Of a DNA stretch of 64,000 nucleotides, positions 17,066 through 27,065 are shown piece by piece; within the stretch, counting starts at the first letter, position 1, and each line of letters starts with the position of its first letter. Made by a program: the position numbers and the translations under genes. The notes below the pieces were generated by a model that was not told the origin of the DNA, did no database searches, and worked only from the letters and a program-made list of their open reading frames with translations. The DNA comes from a virus. The DNA lies in IMG/VR virus record IMGVR_UViG_3300021335_000011, positions 8,062-72,061 of that record. One strand, written 5' to 3'.

Positions 17066-18298
17066 ATGGGAACTCTTGCATCTCTTACTCAAGGCACGGG
17101 TTCATTTAAAGAAGTTGGAACAGCTATCGCAGATGTAGGTTCTGAAGCTACAGATCCGGCAACCGGTGAAAAATTCTATACACAAAATGTTGTTGAGAAT
17201 AATGGTAATACCAACATTGCTAGATCAGTAACTAAAGGTTCGTCAATCGGAGATCTTGTTTCATCATTCGAATCAATGAATCTTAATCTACTTGCTAAAG
17301 GATTTGCCGGAAGACATACGAATACACGATCATATAAATTCGAGCCAATCTCAACTCAAGAAGAATTTGAATTAGAGATTACTAATAGTACTCGAGAACT
17401 ACAAAATATGGTTATTGGTTGGTTAGGAAATGCTGCAGATGTTTCATTTACTGTAAAAGAACTGCATCTTAAATTAGCTAACAGTATACCAACCGATGTT
17501 GAAGCTATACAATCAGGTATTCAACATCACTATATACTAATGCCTGATGGACAGTTAATACGTGGTCGTCCAATTGGATATGAAATGGGCAGTTTTCATG
17601 ATGAAGCAATTCGAGTTGGTGCATGTAATATCCAAATTATGGCAGGATCTACAGAAAGTAAATCAAATCCAAAATGGAAAAGTTATTATAGCGCCAATAG
17701 TATAACTCCTGAACAGTGGGAATCAATTGATATGTTAGTACAAAGTTGGTTTAGAACTAAACCAGGTGGGGAAGTATTAACTATACAAGATATTCAAGCT
17801 GGTAAACTCGAGCCAGGATTTAGTGGTATTGAGTATGTAAAGAAATTTAATAAAGAAAGCATATATCAAGATTTTACTGCATTTTCTAATGTGCCACAAA
17901 AAAGAACAGATGGTACAACACTTGATGTAAAAACTACTACAGCAGAAGTTGCAGAGTCTCCTGCACCAGCTAACGTTCAAGGAGTACCCGATCCAACTGT
18001 TCCTACATCATTATCTGATTTGAAAAAGAAAGTTATACCAGAAAAAGTAGATCCTGCTGCTGATCAAGCAAAATTTGATAAAGCTATTGCTGATATGAAA
18101 AATGGTAAAGCAGATCTTGATTCTAAGATAGGAGAAGCATCAAAGATAGGTACAGGTTTATTTGGTAATTTTGCAAATAATATTAAAAGCTCGAACAATA
18201 TATTTGAAGCTGCAGCTAAGACTGCAAGTGGAACGAGACAAAAGCTGTTAGATAATGGTTACACGTATGATCCTAAAACAAAAGGTTGGAATAAATGA
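17066..18298 (+). CDS. Protein with a degenerate N-acetylmuramoyl-L-alanine amidase-like domain
   Basis: GIQHHYILMPDGQLIRGRP, ITPEQWESI resemble the Amidase_2 fold; frame open upstream to 16982. Confidence 0.55.
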   Translation: MGTLASLTQGTGSFKEVGTAIADVGSEATDPATGEKFYTQNVVENNGNTNIARSVTKGSSIGDLVSSFESMNLNLLAKGFAGRHTNTRSYKFEPISTQEEFELEITNSTRELQNMVIGWLGNAADVSFTVKELHLKLANSIPTDVEAIQSGIQHHYILMPDGQLIRGRPIGYEMGSFHDEAIRVGACNIQIMAGSTESKSNPKWKSYYSANSITPEQWESIDMLVQSWFRTKPGGEVLTIQDIQAGKLEPGFSGIEYVKKFNKESIYQDFTAFSNVPQKRTDGTTLDVKTTTAEVAESPAPANVQGVPDPTVPTSLSDLKKKVIPEKVDPAADQAKFDKAIADMKNGKADLDSKIGEASKIGTGLFGNFANNIKSSNNIFEAAAKTASGTRQKLLDNGYTYDPKTKGWNK

Positions 18299-19824
18299 GT
18301 TACGAAATAGATTTAGACGAAAATTCTGGCACAATAGAGAATGATGGTTTTAAAGATCCTAAAAAAGTCTTTCCTCGTAAAGAGTATATGGGTCAAGCTA
18401 CTACTAACTTTGCAGCCCGTGGTATAAAAAGAAATAATCTCTATATTGGTGGAGGCCACGTTGCATTAGATTTAGGATTACGTGAAGGTCCAATATCGCA
18501 ATATCCTCTTAATCAGGTAAGAGAATCTATTAGTGGACATGTGACAGAAATTGATGATACTCCAGGTAATGAGCGTATGTTGTTTAAACATAAGACTGGT
18601 GCAGGAGTCGAATTCCGTGCTGACGGCACAGTAATTGTTTCATCAGTCAATAACACAATTAGAGTTTCTGGTGGTGATGAAAAAGTAATTATTGAAGGTA
18701 ATGGAGAACTTTTCTATAATGGTAATTTAAAATTAAATGTAGCCGGTGATTTTGATTTAAATGTTGGCGGTAATTATAATATTACTACAGGCGGAGATAA
18801 AGTCGAGAATGTTAAAGGTGGTGTACGGCAAACAGTAACTAAAAACCTTGAGTCAACTATTATTAAAAATAAAACAGAATATGTAGCAGGAAGTATGTCA
18901 GAAACTATATTAAAAGATAAGACTTCTATTACTAAAGGTGCATCTTCTGAATATGTAGAAGGCAATAAAGAAATCTTTGTAGGATATAAAGATCCTGATG
19001 ACGGCAGTGGCGATCTCGTTGGAGATTTTATTATTACAACTGCAAATACATTTACAACAACATCAGATAATATCAATGTGTTAGCAAGAGATTTAACAGC
19101 TGTTGGGGATGAAGGTATTATTGGTGGAACTAATATTATTATGCATAACTATAACATGTACACTGGACATTCAATAGATGCTGGTGATAATATTACAGTT
19201 CCAACCATTTATAACGATACACAAGTAACAACTGGACATATGAATATTCCTGTTGTATATGGCGATTTGCAGGGTACTGCGCATCAGGCAATTACGGCTG
19301 ACATAACAAATTCTCAGAATTATGCTGATCCATCTTCTCCTGGTGGAGGTGTAGGTGCTCCTCAGGGTTACACTGTTACTCAAAATAGTAATGCTGATAT
19401 ACCTGTCGATGCGACAACTCGTGTACTCGATGGAACAAATTCAACTACTGCAGTAACACGAGTTGATACTGATGGTGCTGATGCATATTTACATCAAGGC
19501 GATTTAGGTATTCGTAATGTACGTATTGATATTAGCGATGATTTAAAAGATGCAATTGATAAAACAACTCCCTATGGAAACTTATCATCTCGTAAGCTGA
19601 GCACACCCGAGATCAGAGCTAAATTAAGAGATGCAGCAAATATGAAAAATACAGACTTCACAACTGCACAAAGTAACGAAGGAAAATTATCTGCATCATA
19701 TGCAGTTCAAACGCCAGATCCCTTTGAAGTTGGAAGAGCTATAAATGAAAACGATACCAAAGTACGCGGTGTATATGGCTTTCCAAACGCTAAGGGTGTT
19801 GGAGTAAAGACGGTGACAAAGTAA
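18295..19824 (+). CDS. gp5 C-terminal-like spike (beta-helix) protein
   Basis: YP.NQV.ES.SGHV.EIDDTPG.ER....HKTG, followed by V.G..../G 8-residue repeats. Confidence 0.75.
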   Translation: MSYEIDLDENSGTIENDGFKDPKKVFPRKEYMGQATTNFAARGIKRNNLYIGGGHVALDLGLREGPISQYPLNQVRESISGHVTEIDDTPGNERMLFKHKTGAGVEFRADGTVIVSSVNNTIRVSGGDEKVIIEGNGELFYNGNLKLNVAGDFDLNVGGNYNITTGGDKVENVKGGVRQTVTKNLESTIIKNKTEYVAGSMSETILKDKTSITKGASSEYVEGNKEIFVGYKDPDDGSGDLVGDFIITTANTFTTTSDNINVLARDLTAVGDEGIIGGTNIIMHNYNMYTGHSIDAGDNITVPTIYNDTQVTTGHMNIPVVYGDLQGTAHQAITADITNSQNYADPSSPGGGVGAPQGYTVTQNSNADIPVDATTRVLDGTNSTTAVTRVDTDGADAYLHQGDLGIRNVRIDISDDLKDAIDKTTPYGNLSSRKLSTPEIRAKLRDAANMKNTDFTTAQSNEGKLSASYAVQTPDPFEVGRAINENDTKVRGVYGFPNAKGVGVKTVTK

Positions 19825-20417
19825 TGGCAACTTTTAATATTGATCCAGCTTATAATCCAGAACGAGCAGGTAAGATAACTCCGTTTACAAAGCTTGCACC
19901 AGGAATTACAATGGCTAAATTTCTTGGTGGATATGGTTCTGCAGGCAACATGAATCATTTAACTGATGATACTGATAGATTAGAATTAGCTAAAAATTAT
20001 TCTATACATGCAAGTCTTATGCGTAAGATACAAACAAATCAACATACTTTTAATAATCATAGGATGGTTGTAGTAGAAGGTTTATATAAGCCTGCCGATA
20101 ATGAAGAAATGACTATTGACGATATTAATTTTTTAAAATCAAAAGGAAGAGCAGTCGTATATGAACTACGCGGTTTAGATGGTCTTATATCACAAGAGAA
20201 AACATTTGACGCTGCAGTTTATCTCAAATCAAATACAGAGTTTGAAAAACTTATTTTAGGTTATGATAGATTCAATACTGATGGTAGTATGACTACACAA
20301 TTGACTATTATAACACCTGTTATTATACCGTCATGGGAAGTAACTTATAAAAATGCATTAGAAACGAGATACAATCATAGCGTTTTAACTACCGGCGAGC
20401 TGCAAGAATTATTATAA
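19824..20417 (+). CDS. Hypothetical baseplate protein (possible degenerate peptidase M15 fold)
   Basis: TKLAPGITMAKF, VEGLYKP, KGRAVVY weakly echo M15 motifs. Confidence 0.5.
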   Translation: MATFNIDPAYNPERAGKITPFTKLAPGITMAKFLGGYGSAGNMNHLTDDTDRLELAKNYSIHASLMRKIQTNQHTFNNHRMVVVEGLYKPADNEEMTIDDINFLKSKGRAVVYELRGLDGLISQEKTFDAAVYLKSNTEFEKLILGYDRFNTDGSMTTQLTIITPVIIPSWEVTYKNALETRYNHSVLTTGELQELL

Positions 20418-20420
20418 ATA
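20413..20420 (+). promoter_or_regulatory. T4-type late promoter
   Basis: TATAAATA upstream of gp25. Confidence 0.75.
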
Positions 20421-20442
20421 GGTCTATTAGTTAGGAAATAAG

Positions 20443-20886
20443 ATGGCCAACAGAGCATATTCAATAGAAGATGGTAATACAACTAGAAGAACTATAAATC
20501 AGGCGATTGGTAGATCTTATAGTGATATCGATCTAACATTTCAGAATAAGCCATCTGGTGACATATATAAAAAATTAGAAGTTGCTGCAGTTAAACAAGC
20601 TGTAAAAAATATTCTTATGACTTCAAATTCAGAAAGGCCATTTCAACCAGCATTTGGTGCTAATTTAGGTGCAGCATTATTTGAGTTAGATACTGATTAT
20701 GATCCTGAATTAATGGCAGAATTAATTGCAAGTTCTATTAAAAGGTATGAACCAAGGGCGAGGGTTCTTAATATTGATTTTACTACATTTCCAGATAGAA
20801 ACGAATTACGCGCAACAATAAAATTCGAAGTACAAAACGTCGGTGAAGTTGTATCTCTCGACGTAGATTTAGCGAGGCTTAGATAA
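20443..20886 (+). CDS. gp25: Baseplate wedge subunit gp25
   Basis: YSDIDLTF, AVKQAVKNI..T...ERPFQP.FG, LFE, I..YEPR. Confidence 0.9.
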   Translation: MANRAYSIEDGNTTRRTINQAIGRSYSDIDLTFQNKPSGDIYKKLEVAAVKQAVKNILMTSNSERPFQPAFGANLGAALFELDTDYDPELMAELIASSIKRYEPRARVLNIDFTTFPDRNELRATIKFEVQNVGEVVSLDVDLARLR

Positions 20887-22728
20887 ATGGCTACTACAAT
20901 TAAATCATCAGATTTAGACTTTGAAAATATTAAAGGAAGGTTAAAAACCTATTTTCAGGCTAAACCCGAATATGCTGATTATGATTTTAATGCGGCTGGT
21001 CTAAATAATATCTTAGACGTTCTAGCCTATAATACTCATGTAAATGGACTTACAGCCAACTTTGCATTGAATGAAGCTTTCCTTAATACAGCTCAATTAA
21101 GAAGTTCAGTTGTATCTCATGCTGAGGCTTTAGGTTATGATGTTCGATCGAAGGTTGCATCACGAGCTTTACTTACAATAACATTCAATTTAACTGGTGT
21201 TACAAATAGGCCAACTACTGTTTTAGTTCCTCGCGGATTAACATTTAGTACACAAATTGATAGTATCTCATATACGTTTAGAACGTTAGAAACGTACACA
21301 GCTAGAGATGATGGCACTGGAAATTATACTCTTGAGACTTCTACTGGATCAACTGATATTCCAGTGTTCGAAGGTAAAGAAATGACAAAAACATTTCTTG
21401 TAGGAGAAAAAGAAGAACGTCAGATCTACGTCATACCTGATGAAAATATGGATAAATCTACAGCAATTATTGAGGTATACGATACTGCAAGTTCGTCGAA
21501 CTTTACTAGCTATTCACCAGTAAAAGATGCAGTACGCATTACACCTGATTCTGAATTATTTACTATTCGTGAATCACCTAATGGATATTATGAAGTAAAC
21601 TTCGGTGATGGTATTTCTTTTGGTAAATCACCAGAACCTGGTAATAAAATTGTTATTACTTATCTCTCATCTGGTGGACCAACTGGTAACGATGGCGCAG
21701 TATTTACACCTACTAGCACTGTCACTGTATTAGGGGTTGTGTATCCTACATCTTGTGTAACAGTATCAGTATCAACGGGTGGGGCTGAAAAGCAATCAAT
21801 TGAATCAATTAAAAACTTAGCACCATATGCATATGCTACACAACAACGACTAGTTACATCGCTTGATTACAAAGCTACAATACAAAGTAATTATACAGAT
21901 ATTAAAGATGTGACTGTATGGAGCGGAGATCAAAACGTACCGATTGATTATGGCGCAGCGTATGTCTCTATTAAATATAGTACTGGAACACCACAAAGCA
22001 CAAAGACACAAATACAAAATAGCATTGTAAATAACTTTACAGACAATCTATCAGTGATGTCTATTACTACTAAATTTGTTGAACCTATTGAAGTATTTTT
22101 AGAATTAAATACTGTGTTTAACTTTGATCCTGCATTAACTGGAAGAACTTTGGCTTCTGTGGAACAAGATATATACAATTTCCAAACTAGTTATTTCGCA
22201 AATAATCTAGGAACATTTGATGCTGTTTTCCGTAGATCAAATATGCTCACAGAAATTGATGCATTTAATGCTGCAATCTTGTCATCTCGATCTGATGTAC
22301 GGGCGCAATTAAGATTTGTTCCTACAGTAGGTCAAGTTACATCTCATCAACTTAAATTCCCTATGCGTATTGCAGATCCCGATGATGTTGAAGCTCAAAT
22401 AATTAGTGACACATTCCAGTTTAGAGGAGTAGTTGCTCAGCTACGTAATAAATTAAGTGATACAAAATTGCAAATATATGATCTTTCTGGTAATGTACTT
22501 GCTGATAACGTTGGCCAATATAATGCTGCAACAGGCGTAGTATCTATTATTGGATTTAATCCGCAAAAGCTTTTATTTGGATATAACTATATTAAAGTAT
22601 CTGTTTATCCAGAGAATCAAAGCTTTGTAAAACCGCTACGTAACTATGTTCTTGGCCTTGATCCTAATAATTCTTCTGCATCTGCAATTATTGATAGACA
22701 AACAACGACACTTGAAGTTGATAACTAA
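20887..22728 (+). CDS. gp6: Baseplate wedge subunit gp6
   Basis: LDFENIK..LK, DYDF...GL..ILDVLAYNTH, NEAFL.TAQLRSSVVSHA..LGY, FGDG..GK, Q.RLVT..DY. Confidence 0.9.
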   Translation: MATTIKSSDLDFENIKGRLKTYFQAKPEYADYDFNAAGLNNILDVLAYNTHVNGLTANFALNEAFLNTAQLRSSVVSHAEALGYDVRSKVASRALLTITFNLTGVTNRPTTVLVPRGLTFSTQIDSISYTFRTLETYTARDDGTGNYTLETSTGSTDIPVFEGKEMTKTFLVGEKEERQIYVIPDENMDKSTAIIEVYDTASSSNFTSYSPVKDAVRITPDSELFTIRESPNGYYEVNFGDGISFGKSPEPGNKIVITYLSSGGPTGNDGAVFTPTSTVTVLGVVYPTSCVTVSVSTGGAEKQSIESIKNLAPYAYATQQRLVTSLDYKATIQSNYTDIKDVTVWSGDQNVPIDYGAAYVSIKYSTGTPQSTKTQIQNSIVNNFTDNLSVMSITTKFVEPIEVFLELNTVFNFDPALTGRTLASVEQDIYNFQTSYFANNLGTFDAVFRRSNMLTEIDAFNAAILSSRSDVRAQLRFVPTVGQVTSHQLKFPMRIADPDDVEAQIISDTFQFRGVVAQLRNKLSDTKLQIYDLSGNVLADNVGQYNAATGVVSIIGFNPQKLLFGYNYIKVSVYPENQSFVKPLRNYVLGLDPNNSSASAIIDRQTTTLEVDN

Positions 22729-23813
22729 TGGCATCTAACGAATCCCAAAAACACTACGATAGGATTGGTATCAATTTTAGGCGTGGTCTTATAGATGAAG
22801 TATTACCTGAATATTTCCTCGAAGACTATCCTAATTTAGTTACATTTCTAGAAGGTTACTACGAGTTTTTAGATTCAGATACTAACTTTGATGGGATTAT
22901 ACACGAACTTAATACGATTAAAGATGTTGAAGATGCAAGCCTAGCTCGTCTTGATCAGATGTTTGATACCCTTGCCCTTGGAATATCAGCTGGTCGGTTT
23001 AAGTTTCCTCGTGAAGCTATACGAAACTTTGGTAATTTTTTTAGAGTTAAAGGATCCCAATATTCTGGTGAAGGTTTCTTTAGAGCTTTCTTTGATGCTG
23101 AAGTCGAAATTAAATTTCCTAAAGATGAATTATTTAATGTAGGCGAATCTTTTATTGGTACTGAATACAATAAAAGAATTCAAGACGGTGGCGTGTATCA
23201 AATATTTTCTATTCTTATCAAAGGTCCTTTATCATTTAAAGATTGGGAACAGTTGTGGAGAAAGTATGTCCATCCTACTGGATTCCATCTTGCCAATGAG
23301 GTATCAATTGAAGGCATAGATACCATTAAAATGGTGACTGATGAATCTATACCAGATCCATTTAAAAATATTTTCTTTGTTATTGACAGCGCTGCAGCAA
23401 TTCAAATTCATAGTCCGCCTCAGGCCCAAGGCGAAGTATCTCATCTTAATAATACCAGTTATGGACCTAAAGCTCTTATTCAAAATAAGTTTCTTATCAA
23501 TGATCCGCAGTTTAGAACAAATCCATATCGACTTATTAATATGTTTGCAGATTCTGATGCTGCAGTTGCGGTTGGTAGTAAGCTATACCCAACAATTCAA
23601 GATGTTATGGGTGTTTATAAGAATCTTAAAGAATGGTCAGATTGGGGTGTAACTTATGATAACCTCGATTCGGCTACTGTAGCTATTACGTTTGATAATA
23701 CTTTTGAAACATATGATATGAGAAAGTTCGATACATATAGAAGAATATATATCGAAGAAGATTACGTAGCCCGCGGTTACCACGTAGATAATAAACTACC
23801 GTCAAATGTCTAA
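22728..23813 (+). CDS. Baseplate wedge protein, gp7-like (short)
   Basis: LPEYF..DYP.LV.FL..YYEFL, F..KG......FFR, YQ.FS.LIK, VHP.GF; follows gp6. Confidence 0.65.
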   Translation: MASNESQKHYDRIGINFRRGLIDEVLPEYFLEDYPNLVTFLEGYYEFLDSDTNFDGIIHELNTIKDVEDASLARLDQMFDTLALGISAGRFKFPREAIRNFGNFFRVKGSQYSGEGFFRAFFDAEVEIKFPKDELFNVGESFIGTEYNKRIQDGGVYQIFSILIKGPLSFKDWEQLWRKYVHPTGFHLANEVSIEGIDTIKMVTDESIPDPFKNIFFVIDSAAAIQIHSPPQAQGEVSHLNNTSYGPKALIQNKFLINDPQFRTNPYRLINMFADSDAAVAVGSKLYPTIQDVMGVYKNLKEWSDWGVTYDNLDSATVAITFDNTFETYDMRKFDTYRRIYIEEDYVARGYHVDNKLPSNV

Positions 23814-23830
23814 TTAATTAGATCAACTTA

Positions 23831-23838
23831 TATAAATA
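23831..23838 (+). promoter_or_regulatory. T4-type late promoter
   Basis: TATAAATA upstream of 23864. Confidence 0.75.
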
Positions 23839-23863
23839 AGAATAATCGATTTGTAGGAAAAAA

Positions 23864-25693
23864 ATGGCACAGCAAACAGTAAATACAGGTACAGTTGGTA
23901 ACGATGGTCTCGGTGACGATCTTCGAACTGGTGCTACTAAAATCAATGCTAACTTTACTGAAATCTATTCTAATATCACTGCTTTATCGCTGCAGCTAAA
24001 TTTAGCGAGTGTTAATAGTAACGGTATTGGTTTTGGTGGTGATGGTATTCTTTTTGATGGAGCTACTAAAGATTCATTTACAACTGTCACTCGCCTTGTT
24101 CCTGAGGATCCTACACAAATTAATGTTGTTACCATACCAGATAGTACAGGTACATTATCTTTAATTAGTGATATTAAAAATGTGGCAGATAGAGACTATG
24201 TCTTAGGAATTCGTGGTTTAGGAACTGCACTATTAGATTCTGCTACTGCTATTCAAACAATGTTCGCAAGAGGATTTCTTGATTCTGCTCGTATGGTAAG
24301 AATTTCACTAGACTCTGCAGATGTAACAGCCTATATCGATAGCGATTATGTCCAACAACGGCAAGCCGGTGGATTAGATTCTGCTCGTGCTTTAAATCTA
24401 TTTTTAACTCCTATACAAATTGATTCTAATATTGATTCAAATTTTGCGCGGGACATTGCTTCTCGTGATGTACGATTAGACAATCTAGATTCGTCTCTCA
24501 CTCTAATTACTAATTTTAAAACTGATAATATTCCAGAAGATTCTGCACTCTCAAACGGTGGTTCAGGACCAGGTAATTTATACTTCACAACAACAAGAGC
24601 TAATACAGCAATTGATAATAGAGTTGATATAAACTTTATTAACAATTTGAATGTAGATGCTGAAACACTTGGTGGTCAAACTTTAGCTAATATTCAAGCA
24701 GATTATCAAGATGCTACTGAAGTACAAACCATAATTAATAATAACTTTGATGCAGTTAGTAGAGATTTTGTACCAGCCACTGACGAAACATACGATCTTG
24801 GTACAGCTACTAAAAAATGGAAAGACTTGCATCTTAGCGGTACTACTATCTTCCTTGGTGGTGGTGAGCTTAAATTTGAAAACAGTGAATTTAGATTTGG
24901 TGGTGGTACATTAGGTATTAATGATGCTGTTGTCCTTGATCCAACGCAAAGGCTCTTCTTTGATTCTGCGGCTGGTGCACCAAATATTACTAAGTCAGAT
25001 GCCGTACAACCAAACGGTTTGGTAATTAGCGCTAATGCTCTTTCATTACGAACAGTAGACGATGTAAGTGCAGATTGGTTTGTAAGAACAAATACACCAG
25101 CAGGTGGTACAATGTCTCGCTTCGGTGAAGGTGGTTTGGTTATGCTACCGCATAACACTGATACCGAGAGAACGCAATATCACACAAATGCATTTTATAA
25201 TACAACATACCGTAAAGGTGCAATGCACTATAATACGGATCAAAACAAATTTGAATTTGCAGACTCAGATGGTTGGTATGCAATTGATCGAGCTGCTGTA
25301 GCTTCGGCTGCAGTAAACGCCCAATATTTACAGTTTGGATTAAATGGAACTGTTAGTGGAGCCTCAAGTGCTGTAGACTTAGTAGGTGCAAATGGAGCTT
25401 CGATGTTAAGCGGCGTTGTTATGCCAGTTGCAGGTACTATATTAAGAATTACTATGTCTTCAAATGCAGCTGCACATAGTTCTGGCAGCTTGACACATCA
25501 AATAAATATATACAAGAATGGCTCATCAGTTGCAACTCCATCAGTCGAAGTAACATCAACTGGAGAAATAACTCTAAACTCTGCATTAAGTATAGCCTTT
25601 GCAGCAGGCGATAGATTAAAAATAGCAGTTGATAATGATACTGGTCTTGATACTGAAGACCATAATGTTGTAGTCAGATTTGTAGAAAGTTAA
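23864..25693 (+). CDS. Baseplate/fibre connector with gp9/gp10-like N-terminus; Asp-Ser rich
   Basis: N.G...NDG.GD.LR.G..KIN.NF.EIY; 13 DS motifs counted by eye. Confidence 0.7.
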   Translation: MAQQTVNTGTVGNDGLGDDLRTGATKINANFTEIYSNITALSLQLNLASVNSNGIGFGGDGILFDGATKDSFTTVTRLVPEDPTQINVVTIPDSTGTLSLISDIKNVADRDYVLGIRGLGTALLDSATAIQTMFARGFLDSARMVRISLDSADVTAYIDSDYVQQRQAGGLDSARALNLFLTPIQIDSNIDSNFARDIASRDVRLDNLDSSLTLITNFKTDNIPEDSALSNGGSGPGNLYFTTTRANTAIDNRVDINFINNLNVDAETLGGQTLANIQADYQDATEVQTIINNNFDAVSRDFVPATDETYDLGTATKKWKDLHLSGTTIFLGGGELKFENSEFRFGGGTLGINDAVVLDPTQRLFFDSAAGAPNITKSDAVQPNGLVISANALSLRTVDDVSADWFVRTNTPAGGTMSRFGEGGLVMLPHNTDTERTQYHTNAFYNTTYRKGAMHYNTDQNKFEFADSDGWYAIDRAAVASAAVNAQYLQFGLNGTVSGASSAVDLVGANGASMLSGVVMPVAGTILRITMSSNAAAHSSGSLTHQINIYKNGSSVATPSVEVTSTGEITLNSALSIAFAAGDRLKIAVDNDTGLDTEDHNVVVRFVES

Positions 25694-25703
25694 GGAATAA
25701 ACT

Positions 25704-27056
25704 ATGCCAGCTATTGTAACCGACGCACTTAGAACCCTACTTGCTAGACAATTTTTTGATCAGTTTGCTAATCAAACTGCACGCTACTATATCGGTATTG
25801 GTAGATCAGAAATTTGGGATAGCTCTGATGCAGTTCCTACACCTCAAAATACACCAGGTGAAGTAGCAGCTGCCCGTGCACAAATGCAATCAGTTAAGAA
25901 AGTGCAAGCTACATCTCTAGTTGTTCCGCGCAATAACTGGTCAAACGGTACACTCTATTCACAATATGACAATACTGTGTCAGGTTACCCAACTGAACCA
26001 TATTATGTTATGAATGATAACAACAACGTTTATATTTGCCTAGAAACTGGCAGAAATAATGCTGGTGTTGCTGTAGCATCAACTGTAGAACCAACTGGAT
26101 CAAATAATGATTCATTTAGACTTTCTGATGGCTATGTATGGAAATTCTTATTTACTGTAAGTGCATCTCGTGCAAATAGCTTTATGTCTTCTAACTTCTT
26201 GCCAGTTAAAAAGCAAGATCCTACAGATTCATCGTCTACTGGTATTCAATTAAAACAAGAAGAAATTCAAGACACCGCATTGGTTGGCGCAGTCACATCA
26301 GTAATTATTACTAATGTTGGTTCTGGTTACACCTCAAATCCTAATGTACAAATTATTGGTGCAGGTGGATTAGGTACTGGTGCAGCTGCTAGAACAAGAA
26401 TTGATTCAGCAACAGGCACATTAGCTTATATCAAAATGGTTGATAGTGGTACAACTCAAAAACTTGGTAGTGGATATACTCGCGCTGAAGTTGTAATTAG
26501 TGGTGGCGGAGGTAATGGAGCCAAAGCAAGAGCAGTACTTGGACCAGACTCTGGTGTTGGTGCTGATGCACGTGTTGATTTAAAATCAGCAGCTATCATG
26601 TTCCATTCGAGAATTGAAGGCACAGATAGTAACTTTATTATTGATCAGGACTTTAGACAAGTAACACTTATTAAAGATATTAAAGATAACAACGGTGTTA
26701 TTTTTACTGGTACTACTGGTAATACTCTTTCTAAAATGACCCTTGCAAGTACAGTACAAGCATTTACTAAAGACAAGATCATTCGTGGACAAATTACGCT
26801 TGCTGAAGCCTATATCGATAATATTGATTCAAACGAAATTTATTATCATCAAACTAGTGAAACAGGATTCACAGCTTTCCAAGATGGAGAAGTAATTAAC
26901 GAAACTAATGGTGTTGGTCAAGGTATTGTTGATTCTGCAGTAATTCCGCCTGAAGTTGATCCAAATACCGGTGATATATTATACATAGATAATAGAGCTG
27001 CTGTTGCTCGATCTAACGTACAAGCAGAAGATGTAAAAGTTATCATTCAGTTCTAA
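25704..27056 (+). CDS. gp8: Baseplate wedge subunit gp8
   Basis: Y.GIGRS..W, VVPR.NW..G, YYVMN....VYICL, DGYVWKFLF, DFRQV.LI, GDILYIDNR...R...Q.EDVK.IIQF. Confidence 0.9.
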   Translation: MPAIVTDALRTLLARQFFDQFANQTARYYIGIGRSEIWDSSDAVPTPQNTPGEVAAARAQMQSVKKVQATSLVVPRNNWSNGTLYSQYDNTVSGYPTEPYYVMNDNNNVYICLETGRNNAGVAVASTVEPTGSNNDSFRLSDGYVWKFLFTVSASRANSFMSSNFLPVKKQDPTDSSSTGIQLKQEEIQDTALVGAVTSVIITNVGSGYTSNPNVQIIGAGGLGTGAAARTRIDSATGTLAYIKMVDSGTTQKLGSGYTRAEVVISGGGGNGAKARAVLGPDSGVGADARVDLKSAAIMFHSRIEGTDSNFIIDQDFRQVTLIKDIKDNNGVIFTGTTGNTLSKMTLASTVQAFTKDKIIRGQITLAEAYIDNIDSNEIYYHQTSETGFTAFQDGEVINETNGVGQGIVDSAVIPPEVDPNTGDILYIDNRAAVARSNVQAEDVKVIIQF

Positions 27057-27065
27057 GGATACGAA

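Noticed and set aside
17001-17066. TAG readthrough / alternative genetic code
   Set aside because: In-frame readthrough meets TAA after about 20 codons and does not join the next ORF. TAG ends several normal genes, and core genes are intact in code 11.
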